Shown here one piece after another: positions 28,962 through 38,730 of a DNA stretch of 64,000 nucleotides. The notes under the pieces are model-generated. The model was given only the letters and a program-made list of their open reading frames with translations. It ran no database searches and was not told the origin of the DNA. Every line of letters begins with the position of its first letter. Within the stretch, counting starts at the first letter, position 1. The position numbers were made by a program, and so were the translations under genes. The DNA comes from Candidatus Methanomethylophilaceae archaeon (GTDB lineage: Archaea > Thermoplasmatota > Thermoplasmata > Methanomassiliicoccales > Methanomethylophilaceae): the NCBI GenBank assembly GCA_963643445.1, contig CAVIJO010000002.1:44201-108200 (forward strand), written 5' to 3'.

Positions 28962-29054
28962 AGTTTTCATCAAACCTATTACGATTTCCGCAGTAAATTG
29001 CCGTTAATCGTACGAAGATAGATTATTTATATCTTAAATTCGATGTCTATATCA

Positions 29055-29238
29055 CAGGAGGCGCAAAACCATAGGCAAAAAGAATACGTCGGAATTCCGC
29101 GGAGAGAAGCATATCGTTCGGAAGCTCACCGCCATGAGCGACGCAGGGCCAGTTGGCGCGTCTGTGTGCGGAAGTTTCTAAGCGGTCAACTCAGGTCTCT
29201 CTGACGCGGCCAAACCCATTAGCCCCTCGGGCATTTTT
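29055..29238 (+). ncRNA. Candidate structured small RNA or small-peptide transcript
   Basis: TTTATAT box at 29026-29032, nested stems 29097-29209, hairpin plus T5 at 29222-29238. Confidence 0.35.
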
Positions 29239-29277
29239 GTAACAATCTATAATACGGACCTCCCTGTTTTCAGCCGC

Positions 29278-29808
29278 ATGGCAGAAGACCTCGAGAAGTA
29301 CGTCACGACCATACCTGATTTCCCTCAGCCCGGAGTCATGTTCAGAGACATCACCACCATCATCTCCAACCCCGTCGGCCTCAGGCTCGCCGTGGACGGA
29401 CTGTGCGACATGGTGAAGGACATGGACGTCGACATCGTGGTCGGCTCTGAATCCAGAGGATTCGTCTTCGGAACCCCTGTGGCCTACAAACTCGGCAAGG
29501 GCTTCGTTATGGCGAGGAAGAAAGGCAAACTTCCCCGCGAGACCGTATCGGAGACCTACGACCTCGAGTACGGCACCGCCACCCTGGAAATGCACAAGGA
29601 CAGTATCAAGCCGGGGATGAAAGTATTCCTGGTGGACGACCTCGTCGCCACCGGCGGAACCACCGCCGCCATCATCAAAATGGTGGAAAAACTCGGCGGA
29701 AAGATCGTCAAGATCGGATTCGTCCTCGAACTCGCCGGATTCGACGCCAAAAACAGAGTACTCAAAGGCTACGACGTAGAGAGCCTTCTCTCCTATCCCG
29801 GCGCCTGA
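29278..29808 (+). CDS. apt: Adenine phosphoribosyltransferase
   Basis: IPDFPQPGVMFRDIT, ESRGF, RKKGKLP, YDLEYG, VDDLVATGGT. Confidence 0.97.
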   Translation: MAEDLEKYVTTIPDFPQPGVMFRDITTIISNPVGLRLAVDGLCDMVKDMDVDIVVGSESRGFVFGTPVAYKLGKGFVMARKKGKLPRETVSETYDLEYGTATLEMHKDSIKPGMKVFLVDDLVATGGTTAAIIKMVEKLGGKIVKIGFVLELAGFDAKNRVLKGYDVESLLSYPGA

Positions 29809-29824
29809 AAGGCCCGGATACGGA

Positions 29825-29902
29825 TGGAGGGCGTGCCGGGATTCGAACCCGGGTTGTCAGCTCCGAAGGCTGATAGGATCGTCCTGGCTACCACACACGC
29901 CC
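29825..29902 (-). tRNA. tRNA-Arg(TCG)
   Basis: GGGCGTG/CACGCCC acceptor stem, TCAGC-CT-TCG-GA-GCTGA, GGTTCGAATCC, encoded CCA. Confidence 0.93.
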
Positions 29903-29992
29903 GTCCGCACCATCGTCGGCGCTCTATTAATTATGATTGGACGGGCGGCTCTCTCAATACCCTTTAATCAAACCTATCCGATTACCGTCGCA

Positions 29993-31039
29993 ATGTCAAA
30001 GGTTGTAATGAACGACGGCGCGGGCGGAGAACTCATGCAGGAGTTCATCTCGAAGCATATCACCGGCCATTTCCCAAAAATGGAGTCGGAGATCCCGCTG
30101 GACGCATTGGATGATTCCGCAGTGGTCGACGACGTCGTATTCACCATCGACGGACATACCGTCAACCCCCTGTTCTTCCCCGGAGGCGACATCGGGAGGA
30201 TCGCAGTCTCCGGAACGGTCAACGACATCTCGGTCATGGGTGCGAAACCCATCGGGATCGCCAGTTCCGTCATCCTTGAGGAAGGACTCGATTCCGACAC
30301 CGTCGACAGAGTCATGAAAAGCATGGGCGCCACCGCCGGAGAGGCAGGCGTCCCCGTCGTCACAGGCGACACGAAGGTCATGGGTGCAGGCGAGATCGAC
30401 AAGATGGTCATCACCACCGCCGCCATCGGGAAGAGGCCCGACTACCTCGACCACGACATGGAGGTGGCCAACTCCTACAGGAAGGTGGACAGCAGATGGT
30501 GCTCCGATTCCAACACCCGTCCGGGAGACGTCATAATCGTCTCCGGATACATGGGAGACCACGGCATAGCCCTCCTCTCGTTCAGGGAAGGATACGGATT
30601 CGACAGCGTCATAGAATCGGACGTGCAGCCCCTCAACAAAATGATCGAGAAGGGTCTCCGCACCGGAGGCATCGTAGCGATGAAGGATCCGACCAGGGGA
30701 GGACTTGCGAACACCCTCAACGAGTGGGCTGAGAAATCAAAGTGCCAGCTCGAGATAGATGAAGCGGACATCCCCCTGAGGGACGGTGTCGTCAGCGCCT
30801 GCGAACTGCTCGGGATCGAGCCCCTCAACATAGGGAATGAAGGCAAGTGCGTGATTTCCGTCATCCCGGAGATGGCGGAGGAGGTCCTGAAAGCCATCAG
30901 GTCCACTCCCGAGGGAAAGGACGCAGCCATCATCGGAAAGGCGTCCGAAGGGCCCGCAAGGGTCATCCTGCGCACCGAAGTCGGCGGAAGGAGGATTCTC
31001 GAACCCCCGTCCGGAGACCCCGTCCCCAGAATCTGCTGA
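29993..31039 (+). CDS. hypE: Hydrogenase maturation protein HypE
   Basis: PLFFPGGDIG, GTVNDI, TGDTKV, DPTRGGL, NEGK, C-terminal PRIC. Confidence 0.96.
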   Translation: MSKVVMNDGAGGELMQEFISKHITGHFPKMESEIPLDALDDSAVVDDVVFTIDGHTVNPLFFPGGDIGRIAVSGTVNDISVMGAKPIGIASSVILEEGLDSDTVDRVMKSMGATAGEAGVPVVTGDTKVMGAGEIDKMVITTAAIGKRPDYLDHDMEVANSYRKVDSRWCSDSNTRPGDVIIVSGYMGDHGIALLSFREGYGFDSVIESDVQPLNKMIEKGLRTGGIVAMKDPTRGGLANTLNEWAEKSKCQLEIDEADIPLRDGVVSACELLGIEPLNIGNEGKCVISVIPEMAEEVLKAIRSTPEGKDAAIIGKASEGPARVILRTEVGGRRILEPPSGDPVPRIC

Positions 31040-31051
31040 AACTTTTCAAAG

Positions 31052-31084
31052 GGGAGACGGAAACGCCTCCCCGTCTCCCTTTTT
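31052..31084 (+). terminator. Stem-loop plus T-tract after hypE
   Basis: GGGAGACGG...CCGTCTCCC then TTTTT. Confidence 0.65.
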
Positions 31085-31221
31085 CCGCAACCGGAACCCC
31101 GAATGACCCAGATGTCTGAATCCGTATCCTGCCCGTTTTTCCCGAAACGGTACGGAACCCCCGCCGGAGAATAGAACCTTTATAGAACAATCCTGTTGAT
31201 ACCCAATCAGAGTCGGTCATC

Positions 31222-32412
31222 ATGGTCACATTCCTTCCGTTCAAAGGCTACAGGCCCAACATCCGCGCGGGCGAGAACATCGGCAGCCGCGTATCCCCTC
31301 CGTACGACGTCATCGGAGACGACTATCTGGCACAGCTGCAGTCGGACGCCAACAACGTCACGAACCTCACCCTCGCACCCGATGCAGACAAGAGATACAC
31401 GCAGGCCAGGAAGAGGCTCGACGGTATGATCGAAAGCGGCGCCCTGAAACAGGACGAGCCGTCGTTCTACATCTACGACCAGACGTTCGAAGCCGACGGG
31501 AAGACCTATACCAGAAGGGGTCTCGTGGGCATCCTGAAGACGGAGGACTACTCCGAAGGGAACATCATTCCCCACGAAGAGACGTTCTCCAAGGTGAAGG
31601 CGGACAGGCTGAACCTCCTGAGGGACATGGAGACCCACCTCGAGAGCATCTTCGGGATATTCCCCGGTCTCGGGGAGGACCTCAACAGGGAGACCGACAA
31701 CAGTGCCAGACTGCTCTACAGATACGTCGACGGGAACGGCGTCGAGCACAGGTACAGCAGAATCTGCGACCCCGGTCTCTGCGGGAGAATCTCCGAGAAA
31801 CTGAAGGATCAGAAGATGCTGATTGCGGACGGACACCACAGGTACGAGACCGCTCTGAACTATGCGAAGGAGAACCCGGACTGCGAGGCGAAGCAGTACG
31901 TCCTCTGCACCATGGTGGCGCAGGACGACCCGGGGCTCGTCATATGGCCCACCCACCGCCTCATCGATGCGGGGGACATCGGGGAGACCTCCGCCATCAA
32001 GAAGATCGGAAAGACCATGGCAATGAAAGAGGTCTCCGAGGAGGAGATGGAGGCGGAACTCGGCTCCCACCTCTTCGGGATGATGTTCAGGTCCGGAAGG
32101 TGCTTCCTCCTCGACAGCACATCCGATGACGGCAACATCCTCATGAAACTCGACACGTATGCCGCCCAGCAGAAGATCCTCTACGGCGTCTACAAGAGCG
32201 ACGAAGGGAAATCCAAGATCTCCTACGACGCCGAACTGGAATCCGTCAAGAAGGCCATGGCCGAGAAGAAGCACGATGCGGCCGTGATCCTCAATGCGCC
32301 GTGCCTTCAGACGATCTGGGACATTGCTGGACAGGGCAAGAGGATGCCCAAGAAGACCACCTACTTCTTCCCCAAGATCTGGTCCGGCTGGGTATTCTAC
32401 AGGATGGCATGA
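31222..32412 (+). CDS. DUF1015 family protein (ParB/Srx-like fold)
   Basis: SPPYDVI, PHEET, IADGHHRYETA, PTHR, MPKKTTYFFPK. Confidence 0.9.
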   Translation: MVTFLPFKGYRPNIRAGENIGSRVSPPYDVIGDDYLAQLQSDANNVTNLTLAPDADKRYTQARKRLDGMIESGALKQDEPSFYIYDQTFEADGKTYTRRGLVGILKTEDYSEGNIIPHEETFSKVKADRLNLLRDMETHLESIFGIFPGLGEDLNRETDNSARLLYRYVDGNGVEHRYSRICDPGLCGRISEKLKDQKMLIADGHHRYETALNYAKENPDCEAKQYVLCTMVAQDDPGLVIWPTHRLIDAGDIGETSAIKKIGKTMAMKEVSEEEMEAELGSHLFGMMFRSGRCFLLDSTSDDGNILMKLDTYAAQQKILYGVYKSDEGKSKISYDAELESVKKAMAEKKHDAAVILNAPCLQTIWDIAGQGKRMPKKTTYFFPKIWSGWVFYRMA

Positions 32413-32414
32413 AC

Positions 32415-32453
32415 GGCCCTGCCGCATACGTGCGGCACGGCCCTTTCTTTTTT
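32415..32453 (+). terminator. Stem-loop plus T-tract
   Basis: TGCCGCA-TACG-TGCGGCA followed by TTTCTTTTTT. Confidence 0.65.
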
Positions 32454-32502
32454 GAATGAAGGCAGAGGATACGCAGAACCGTAATCCGCAAAAATGATGA
32501 GA

Positions 32503-32577
32503 TGGAGCCGCTGGAGGGAATTGAACCCTCGGCCTACGCCTTACCAAGGCGTCGCTATACCCCTTAGCCACAGCGGC
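32503..32577 (-). tRNA. tRNA-Thr(GGT)
   Basis: GCCGCTG/CAGCGGC acceptor stem, ACGCC-TT-GGT-AA-GGCGT, GGTTCAATTCC, encoded CCA. Confidence 0.95.
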
Positions 32578-32713
32578 AGCATTCCTCGCTAATTGTACAT
32601 TCATATTTAATGGTTATTGGCTGGCAAGTTCCGGAGGACGGTCCCGGGACTCCGAACTTCCGACCGTTCTCCGGAAAGAGGCTATTTTATCGATGAACAC
32701 GTTAGCGGCGGAC

Positions 32714-34648
32714 ATGAAGAAGGAGATGAGCTCTTTCGATGTCCGCTCCGTGGTCACCGAGATGGCCGCATTGGAGAACGCCCACATGGACAAAATCTTC
32801 CAGTGGGGCGCGGGAAACGTCCTGTTCCGTATCAACACCAAGAACGGCAAAGAAGATCTTTTCTTCAAGGACAAGAAATGGCTCTATCTGTCACCCGACA
32901 GGCCCGATACGCCGGTCACCCCCACCTCCTTCGCCACGTTCCTGAGGAAATACCTCGCCAACGCCCGCATCGGAAAGACAAGGCAGGTCGGTTTCGACCG
33001 TATCGTCGAGATGCAGGTGTTCAAGGCCGAAGGCGAATACCTCCTGATCTTCGAGATGTTCGGCGGAGGCAACGTCCTCCTGGTGCAGGACGGGAAGATC
33101 GTCAACTGCCTCACCCAGAGGACCTTCCGCGACAGGGCCACCCGCCCGGGGGAGGAATACGTCATGCCCAAGGAGCGGTTCAACCCCCTGACCTCCGATC
33201 TGAAATCCTTCGGGGAACTCTTCAGAAGTTCAGACTCCGACACCGTCAGGACCCTGGCCACCGTCAACAACCTCGGAGGGCAGTATGCGGAGGAGGTCTG
33301 CAGACGCGCGGGCGCCGACAAGACCGTGCCCGCCAAGGAGGCGGACGAAGGCACCGTCGCCGCCCTCCACTCCGCGGTCATGGAGATCGCGGACTACGTC
33401 ATGGGGAACCCGTGCCCGACCGTGTTCCGCAGGGACGGGAGGATAGTGGATATCGCTCCCATGGATCTGCAGATCTACGACGACTGCGTGAAGGAATCCG
33501 TCCCCACTATTTCCGAGGCCATCGGGAAGTACATGGAGGAGAACAGGGAAGAGGAGAAGAGGGAGTACGTCGACCCCGAGATCGAGAAACTCAAGAAGAG
33601 GATCGAGAAGCAGAGGGAGACCGTGGACGCATACCGCATGGAAGCCGAACGCCTCAAGGCACAGGCGGATTCCCTGTACACGGAATATCAGAAGGTGTCC
33701 GAACTCCTGAACGTCCTCGGGGAACAGAGCAGAAAACTGTCATGGGAGAAACTCACGGAAGGCGCCCTGAAGATTCCGTACGTGGCCTACATCGACCCCT
33801 CCAAGAACACTGTGGCTGCGAAGATCGGCATCCTCGAGGTGGAGATGGACTACACCAAGAACATCGACACCAACGCCTCCGACATATATGCCAGAGGGAA
33901 GGAGCAGGGCGCCAAGGCAGACAACGCGGAGAAGGCCCTGAACGACTCCCTGGCGGAGCTGGAGAAGAAGCAGAAGGGTTTCGATAAAAAGGTGGCCGCG
34001 GAACTGTCCAAGGCCAAACCCACGAAGAGATTCTGGTTCGAATCGTACAAATGGTTCATATCCTCCGGAGGGAGGCTCGTCATCGCGGGAAGGGATGCCC
34101 ACTCCAACGACCAGGCGGTGAAGAAGCATCTGAAGGACGGTGACATTTATGCCCATGCGGACATCCACGGCGCGCCGTCCATTATCCTCAAGGACGGCCT
34201 CAAGGCATCCGGAGAGGAGCTCAGGGAGGCCTGCTGGTTCGCTCTGGCACATTCGAAGGCGTGGATGGCCGGATCGGCCGAGGGAGGGGCTTTCTGGGCC
34301 TATCCCGACCAGGTCAGCAAGACCCCCAATGCGGGAGAGTTCGTCCCGAGGGGAGCGTTCATCATCAGAGGGAAGAGGAACTACGAATACCACCTCCCGC
34401 TGGAAATGGGAATCGGGGAGATGTATTACGAGAACGAACGCAAGGTCATGTGCGCCCCCACCCCGGTGATCGAGAAATGCAGCGAGAGATACTGCGTCAT
34501 CCGCCCCTCGAAGGAGAAGAACGGCAGGATGGCGGGAGACCTCGCCAAGATGTTCGAGGTCCCGGAGGAGGAGGTATCGAGAATCCTCCCGCCGGGATCG
34601 GTGGAGATAGTCCGCAGAGTGTTCCCCAAGCCGGAAGAGGACGAATGA
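32714..34648 (+). CDS. rqcH: Ribosome quality-control protein RqcH (NEMF/NFACT family)
   Basis: MSSFDV, QVGFDRIV, EMFGGGNV, WFESYKWFISS, GRDAHSND, HADIHGA, GAFIIRGKRNY; alternative start at 32693. Confidence 0.92.
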   Translation: MKKEMSSFDVRSVVTEMAALENAHMDKIFQWGAGNVLFRINTKNGKEDLFFKDKKWLYLSPDRPDTPVTPTSFATFLRKYLANARIGKTRQVGFDRIVEMQVFKAEGEYLLIFEMFGGGNVLLVQDGKIVNCLTQRTFRDRATRPGEEYVMPKERFNPLTSDLKSFGELFRSSDSDTVRTLATVNNLGGQYAEEVCRRAGADKTVPAKEADEGTVAALHSAVMEIADYVMGNPCPTVFRRDGRIVDIAPMDLQIYDDCVKESVPTISEAIGKYMEENREEEKREYVDPEIEKLKKRIEKQRETVDAYRMEAERLKAQADSLYTEYQKVSELLNVLGEQSRKLSWEKLTEGALKIPYVAYIDPSKNTVAAKIGILEVEMDYTKNIDTNASDIYARGKEQGAKADNAEKALNDSLAELEKKQKGFDKKVAAELSKAKPTKRFWFESYKWFISSGGRLVIAGRDAHSNDQAVKKHLKDGDIYAHADIHGAPSIILKDGLKASGEELREACWFALAHSKAWMAGSAEGGAFWAYPDQVSKTPNAGEFVPRGAFIIRGKRNYEYHLPLEMGIGEMYYENERKVMCAPTPVIEKCSERYCVIRPSKEKNGRMAGDLAKMFEVPEEEVSRILPPGSVEIVRRVFPKPEEDE

Positions 34649-34910
34649 CGGGAACGGCGCCGGGTCCTAGTTATTAACACGGATACGGTGTCCTGCCCCT
34701 GCGGATACATCGATTACGCAGTATGACGGAAAATGTCACCTGCGACAAAATGGATTCGGCGGCATATGCAGAACGTATCGGCGCAGAATGGCCGGCCGAA
34801 CCTGACCTAACGCCTCGGACGCGTAAGAGATGCGATATCCGAATCAGCAGAGGCCGGACGGCGTAAACGCATGAATATCCCGGATTCGGAAACCAATGTC
34901 GAAAAAGGCA

Positions 34911-34987
34911 TGGCGGGCATATTGGGATTCGAACCCAAGTCTAGGGCTCCGCAAGCCCCTAGGATATCCAAGCTACCCCATATGCCC
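34911..34987 (-). tRNA. tRNA-Arg(GCG)
   Basis: GGGCATA/TATGCCC acceptor stem, GGGC-TT-GCG-GA-GCCC, GGTTCGAATCC, encoded CCA. Confidence 0.95.
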
Positions 34988-35035
34988 GTGTAATTTGCGG
35001 TCAGATCCTTTCGGATAAGTAAATGGTTTTACCTA

Positions 35036-35227
35036 TCATGCCTCAGGGTGAGACAGATAGCGGGTGATGTATCCGGCGATCTTGTTCCTCATGGGAACCG
35101 TCTTGACGTCGGTAAGGGTTGCGACCATTTCCTTGTTGTTGTCGAAATCCTTGTTGAACGCCTGAGGATATTTGTTGACGAGTTCGATGGATACTCTCTT
35201 GATGTAGGTGGGTCTTATTCTTCCCAT
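35036..35227 (-). CDS. rps17e: 30S ribosomal protein S17e
   Basis: MGRIRPTYIKR...DFDNNK...RNKIAGYITR. Confidence 0.97.
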   Translation of the reverse strand: MGRIRPTYIKRVSIELVNKYPQAFNKDFDNNKEMVATLTDVKTVPMRNKIAGYITRYLSHPEA

Positions 35228-35353
35228 ATCTTTCACCGAGTAATCCGACTGATGGATATTCCTTATTTAAAACATTGTGAACAGGAAGTGCCTGCATCCG
35301 TACGGGAGACCCCGTTTCCCGCATACTCCGATGCGTAAAACACGGGCCTGCGG

Positions 35354-36022
35354 TCACTGTCCTTTCATATCTCTGCGGGGATGTCCGCAGGTCTTCTTCC
35401 CCTCTGGACACGGCCCCCTGACGCATGCGGGTCCCGCATCGACGAATATGACGGGGGATACCTCCCTGCAGAGACGGAGCATCTCGTCGGCCATGGCCCT
35501 GATCTCCCACTGGGCCCTGTTGCAGCACCTCATGGAGAAGAAGTGGAGCAGCTCGCGGGCGTTCATCGTGATGGTGATGTCGGTGGTGCAGCCGTTAGGA
35601 AGGACGTACCTCGCATCCTCCGCGGGAATACCCAGATCGATGAGGTCCGCATACGCCTTCCATATTCTGTCCATGGTATCGGCGTAGATCTGCGATGCCT
35701 TCCCGTCCCCCTTCACGGTCTCGGGAACCACGAACGTCGGCTCCGAGATCTCCACGTACCTCTGGGACTGCTGGGAAAACGATGCGATGCGGTGCCTCAC
35801 CAGCTGATGGGTGAGGGCGCGGGAAACTCCCTCCACGGAGAATGTGAACACTGCGTGTTCGATGACGGAATGATGTCCCATCCCGATGACACGGCGCAGC
35901 ATCTTCTCTGGGTCGACATCCTCCAGGAGGTCCGCAGAGGACCTGTCCGAGTAACATGAATGCGCCGCCGCAGCGCAGATCCTGTCTGCGTCGGGGGTAT
36001 GTGCCAGCAGTGTAACTTTCAT
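35354..36022 (-). CDS. thyX: Flavin-dependent thymidylate synthase
   Basis: GHHSVIEH, SRALTHQLVRHRIASFSQQSQRY, EDARYVLP, AQWEIR. Confidence 0.96.
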   Translation of the reverse strand: MKVTLLAHTPDADRICAAAAHSCYSDRSSADLLEDVDPEKMLRRVIGMGHHSVIEHAVFTFSVEGVSRALTHQLVRHRIASFSQQSQRYVEISEPTFVVPETVKGDGKASQIYADTMDRIWKAYADLIDLGIPAEDARYVLPNGCTTDITITMNARELLHFFSMRCCNRAQWEIRAMADEMLRLCREVSPVIFVDAGPACVRGPCPEGKKTCGHPRRDMKGQ

Positions 36023-36771
36023 CAATCCGCACCTTCCCAATACTCTGTCTTGAGTTCCTTCAGACGGGCGGGATCCATGAGTTCCTTCAGACGGATCACC
36101 CTCCTGTCCGAATCCGGAAGCAGTTTCAGGAGACCGTCCACGTGGCCGTCCCCGACCACCGCCACGACCCTCTCGTGGGTGGCGCATATCTCCCGGATCC
36201 TCGCGGCCATGTGCTCGTTCCTCTCGTCGATGAGGACCCTCACCATTGCGGGATACTTCTTCCTCATCTCCTCGACATAGGCCGCCTGGTCCTTGGAATA
36301 ATCCTTCTGGGTCTTATCGACCTTCCTCTTCCCGAAGATGTTGTCGGTGATACCGGACATCCTGTAACGGAACCTCTCGCCGCGTCCCATCTGGGACCAC
36401 ATGCGGTCCATTGCGGCGGCTGCGTCCGTGTCTATGCAGAAGATCTCCGCATCGCAGGACTTCGCTGCGCCGATGGCCGCCACCATGTCCGCTCCCGCGG
36501 TGCTCCTGTTCTGCGCAGACATCTTCTCCTGGTATCTGGCAGACTGCCTGTAGGCCGCATTCGTATTCTTCAGCCGCTCCTCCTTGGATGCGTCGGGATC
36601 TATCCCGCGGGCCTCCAGATCCTTCCTGAGGGCCTCCTTGTCGCCCGTGAGGGCGTGATACCTCATATCATCGAGTTCCACGCACACGGCCTGCGGCCAG
36701 CACCGTCTGACGATGAACGAGACGGGTTCCGATATGTTGAAGACATGGCCTGTCCCGATTATCGTGAGCAT
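36022..36771 (-). CDS. TraB/GumN family protein
   Basis: IIGTGHV, VCVELD..R, GADM..A, VLIDERNEHM, VVGDGHVDG. Confidence 0.88.
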   Translation of the reverse strand: MLTIIGTGHVFNISEPVSFIVRRCWPQAVCVELDDMRYHALTGDKEALRKDLEARGIDPDASKEERLKNTNAAYRQSARYQEKMSAQNRSTAGADMVAAIGAAKSCDAEIFCIDTDAAAAMDRMWSQMGRGERFRYRMSGITDNIFGKRKVDKTQKDYSKDQAAYVEEMRKKYPAMVRVLIDERNEHMAARIREICATHERVVAVVGDGHVDGLLKLLPDSDRRVIRLKELMDPARLKELKTEYWEGAD

Positions 36772-36823
36772 ATCCTTCCCAATGCCGTCGGGCGATATAA
36801 CGCATTTGTTCCTTCCGGGACGG

Positions 36824-37264
36824 TCACTCCCCGGCCGATACGGGACAGCCCTGTATCCACTCGCCGGAATAGGTCACGGAGCCGTCGGGAGCGTAGAGGA
36901 CGCCGATGCCTTCCATCTTCCCGTCCTTGAAACCGCCCTCGTAGACCTCGCCGTTGGCCCAGGCCATCTTCCCTATGCCGCAGAAGGTTCCGTCGACAAA
37001 ATCCCCTGTGTAGACGTCTCCCGCAGGCCATCTGAAGATGCCCTTCCCCGTGCGGACGTCGTCCCTGAAATCGCCCTCGTAGACCCTTCCGTCGGGCCAT
37101 CTGAACGTTCCTCTCCCGGTGCGGACGCCGTTCTCGAAGTAACCCACGTAGGATTCGCCGTTGTTCCACATGAACATCCCGAGACCGTGCTCGGTCGTCC
37201 CGTCCTCTGCGACCGCACCGACATAGTACCCGTTGTCGTAATCGATCCTGATGTCCTCTGCCAT
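36824..37264 (-). CDS. Stand-alone MORN-repeat protein
   Basis: Five tandem Y.G.F..G...G.G...W.NG repeats. Confidence 0.9.
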   Translation of the reverse strand: MAEDIRIDYDNGYYVGAVAEDGTTEHGLGMFMWNNGESYVGYFENGVRTGRGTFRWPDGRVYEGDFRDDVRTGKGIFRWPAGDVYTGDFVDGTFCGIGKMAWANGEVYEGGFKDGKMEGIGVLYAPDGSVTYSGEWIQGCPVSAGE

Positions 37265-37345
37265 GAGCAACCCAATCCCGCATACGGTGTTAAAACCTGC
37301 GCTGCGGGGACCAGTATAATCTACGGGCTCGGCATATCCCCGGCC

Positions 37346-38011
37346 ATGCGCAGAAAATACGACCTCGTCTGCTTCGACATGGACGGGGTTCTCACCAAAC
37401 TGAGGAGTTCCTGGGCCTGGATCCACCAGAGTCTCGGAGTGGAGAACGAAGCCGCCTACAGGGCGTTCATCAACCAGGAGATCGACGAGAGGGAGTTCAT
37501 GCGCAGGGATATCGCCAAATGGAAATCCGCGAAGCCCGACATCTGCGAACGCGACCTCATCCGCTTCTTCCGCGACATGCCGGTCATCGACGGCATCCAG
37601 GAGACCGTGGCATCCCTCAGGGAATGCGGGATGAAATGCGTCATAATCAGCGGCGGCATAGACATCGCGGCGAACATGCTGAAGAACGAGTACGGGTTCG
37701 ACGACTGCGTAGCCGACAGAGTGCTCACCAATCCCGACGGCACCCTCTCGGGGGAAGGGGAGGTCGTGGTCGATCTGAAGGACAAGGGGATTTTCGTCAG
37801 GAAATACATCGAGAAATACGGCACCTCTCAGGAGAGGACCGTGTCCCTCGGCAACTCGTTCACCGACATACCGATGTTCAAGAACTCCGCCGTATCGATC
37901 GCGTTCAACCCCACCGACCCATACACGTCGGATGCAGCCACCTACACGGTGAAAAGCGACAACATCGCAGACATCCTGGACTGCATCCTGCCCGACGGGC
38001 ACGGGAACTGA
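37346..38011 (+). CDS. HAD-IB phosphatase (phosphoserine phosphatase-like)
   Basis: FDMDGVL, IISGG, K, GNSFTD motifs. Confidence 0.88.
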   Translation: MRRKYDLVCFDMDGVLTKLRSSWAWIHQSLGVENEAAYRAFINQEIDEREFMRRDIAKWKSAKPDICERDLIRFFRDMPVIDGIQETVASLRECGMKCVIISGGIDIAANMLKNEYGFDDCVADRVLTNPDGTLSGEGEVVVDLKDKGIFVRKYIEKYGTSQERTVSLGNSFTDIPMFKNSAVSIAFNPTDPYTSDAATYTVKSDNIADILDCILPDGHGN

Positions 38012-38014
38012 ATC

Positions 38015-38698
38015 TCACTCGTCGAGATCCATCGTCCCGTCGTCGTAGACGGATTCGTCGAACGGGGCGTCCTCGTCGACGAGGAGTTCCTCGGGGCGCT
38101 GCTGTCCGCTGAGTTTCTTGCCGTAGATGCGGACGATGTCCCTGGCCTCCGCAGTGCCTCTCCTGATGAGCTTCGTGTGGGTCTTGATTGCGTGGATGAC
38201 CGCATCCCAGGTCTCGAAGTTCATGATCATCCCGACAGTGAACTCGTCGTCGGGCTCCGCCTCGACGTACATGGGGTAGGTCTTCTTGTAATCGTTGACG
38301 GAGACCTTCACGTGGAGAACGTCGAAACTCTTGACCCAGAGGGCCTTCACGTCGGGTGCGTTGCAGGATTTCCTCCTCTTCCCCTCGGCGTTGTCGATAT
38401 AGGTGATCCTGACATGGCGGCCGTCGTCCAGATCGAACTCGTCCCCGACCTCCACGATCTCGTCCTCCAGGAGGACGGTCTTGGTAACCTCGGTGACATC
38501 CTGGTCACTGAACATGACCTTCACCTCGATCTTCCTGGGAAGTCTGATAGTCCCGGTGAACACGCGTCCGCACTCCCTGCAGCGGAAGGTCCCGCTGATG
38601 CTGGATTTCCCCATCTTCGCCTTCAGGATATCATGTTCCGTGATATCGGCGCAGTCGGGGCACTGATATAATATCGTATCCGGGAGTTCTTCTGCCAT
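38015..38698 (-). CDS. HVO_0476-family archaeal zinc-finger protein
   Basis: CPDC...HDILK...CRECG; EVGDEF; EARDIVRIYG. Confidence 0.8.
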   Translation of the reverse strand: MAEELPDTILYQCPDCADITEHDILKAKMGKSSISGTFRCRECGRVFTGTIRLPRKIEVKVMFSDQDVTEVTKTVLLEDEIVEVGDEFDLDDGRHVRITYIDNAEGKRRKSCNAPDVKALWVKSFDVLHVKVSVNDYKKTYPMYVEAEPDDEFTVGMIMNFETWDAVIHAIKTHTKLIRRGTAEARDIVRIYGKKLSGQQRPEELLVDEDAPFDESVYDDGTMDLDE

Positions 38699-38730
38699 AT
38701 CCTTCACCTATGGGCCACGTGTAGGCTGTC

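Noticed and set aside
29056..29209. Glycine, lysine or c-di-GMP riboswitch
   Set aside because: Only isolated short matches (GGAGAG..CTCAGG, GGAGGCGC, GGCAAA..GACGCA) without the required stems and spacing
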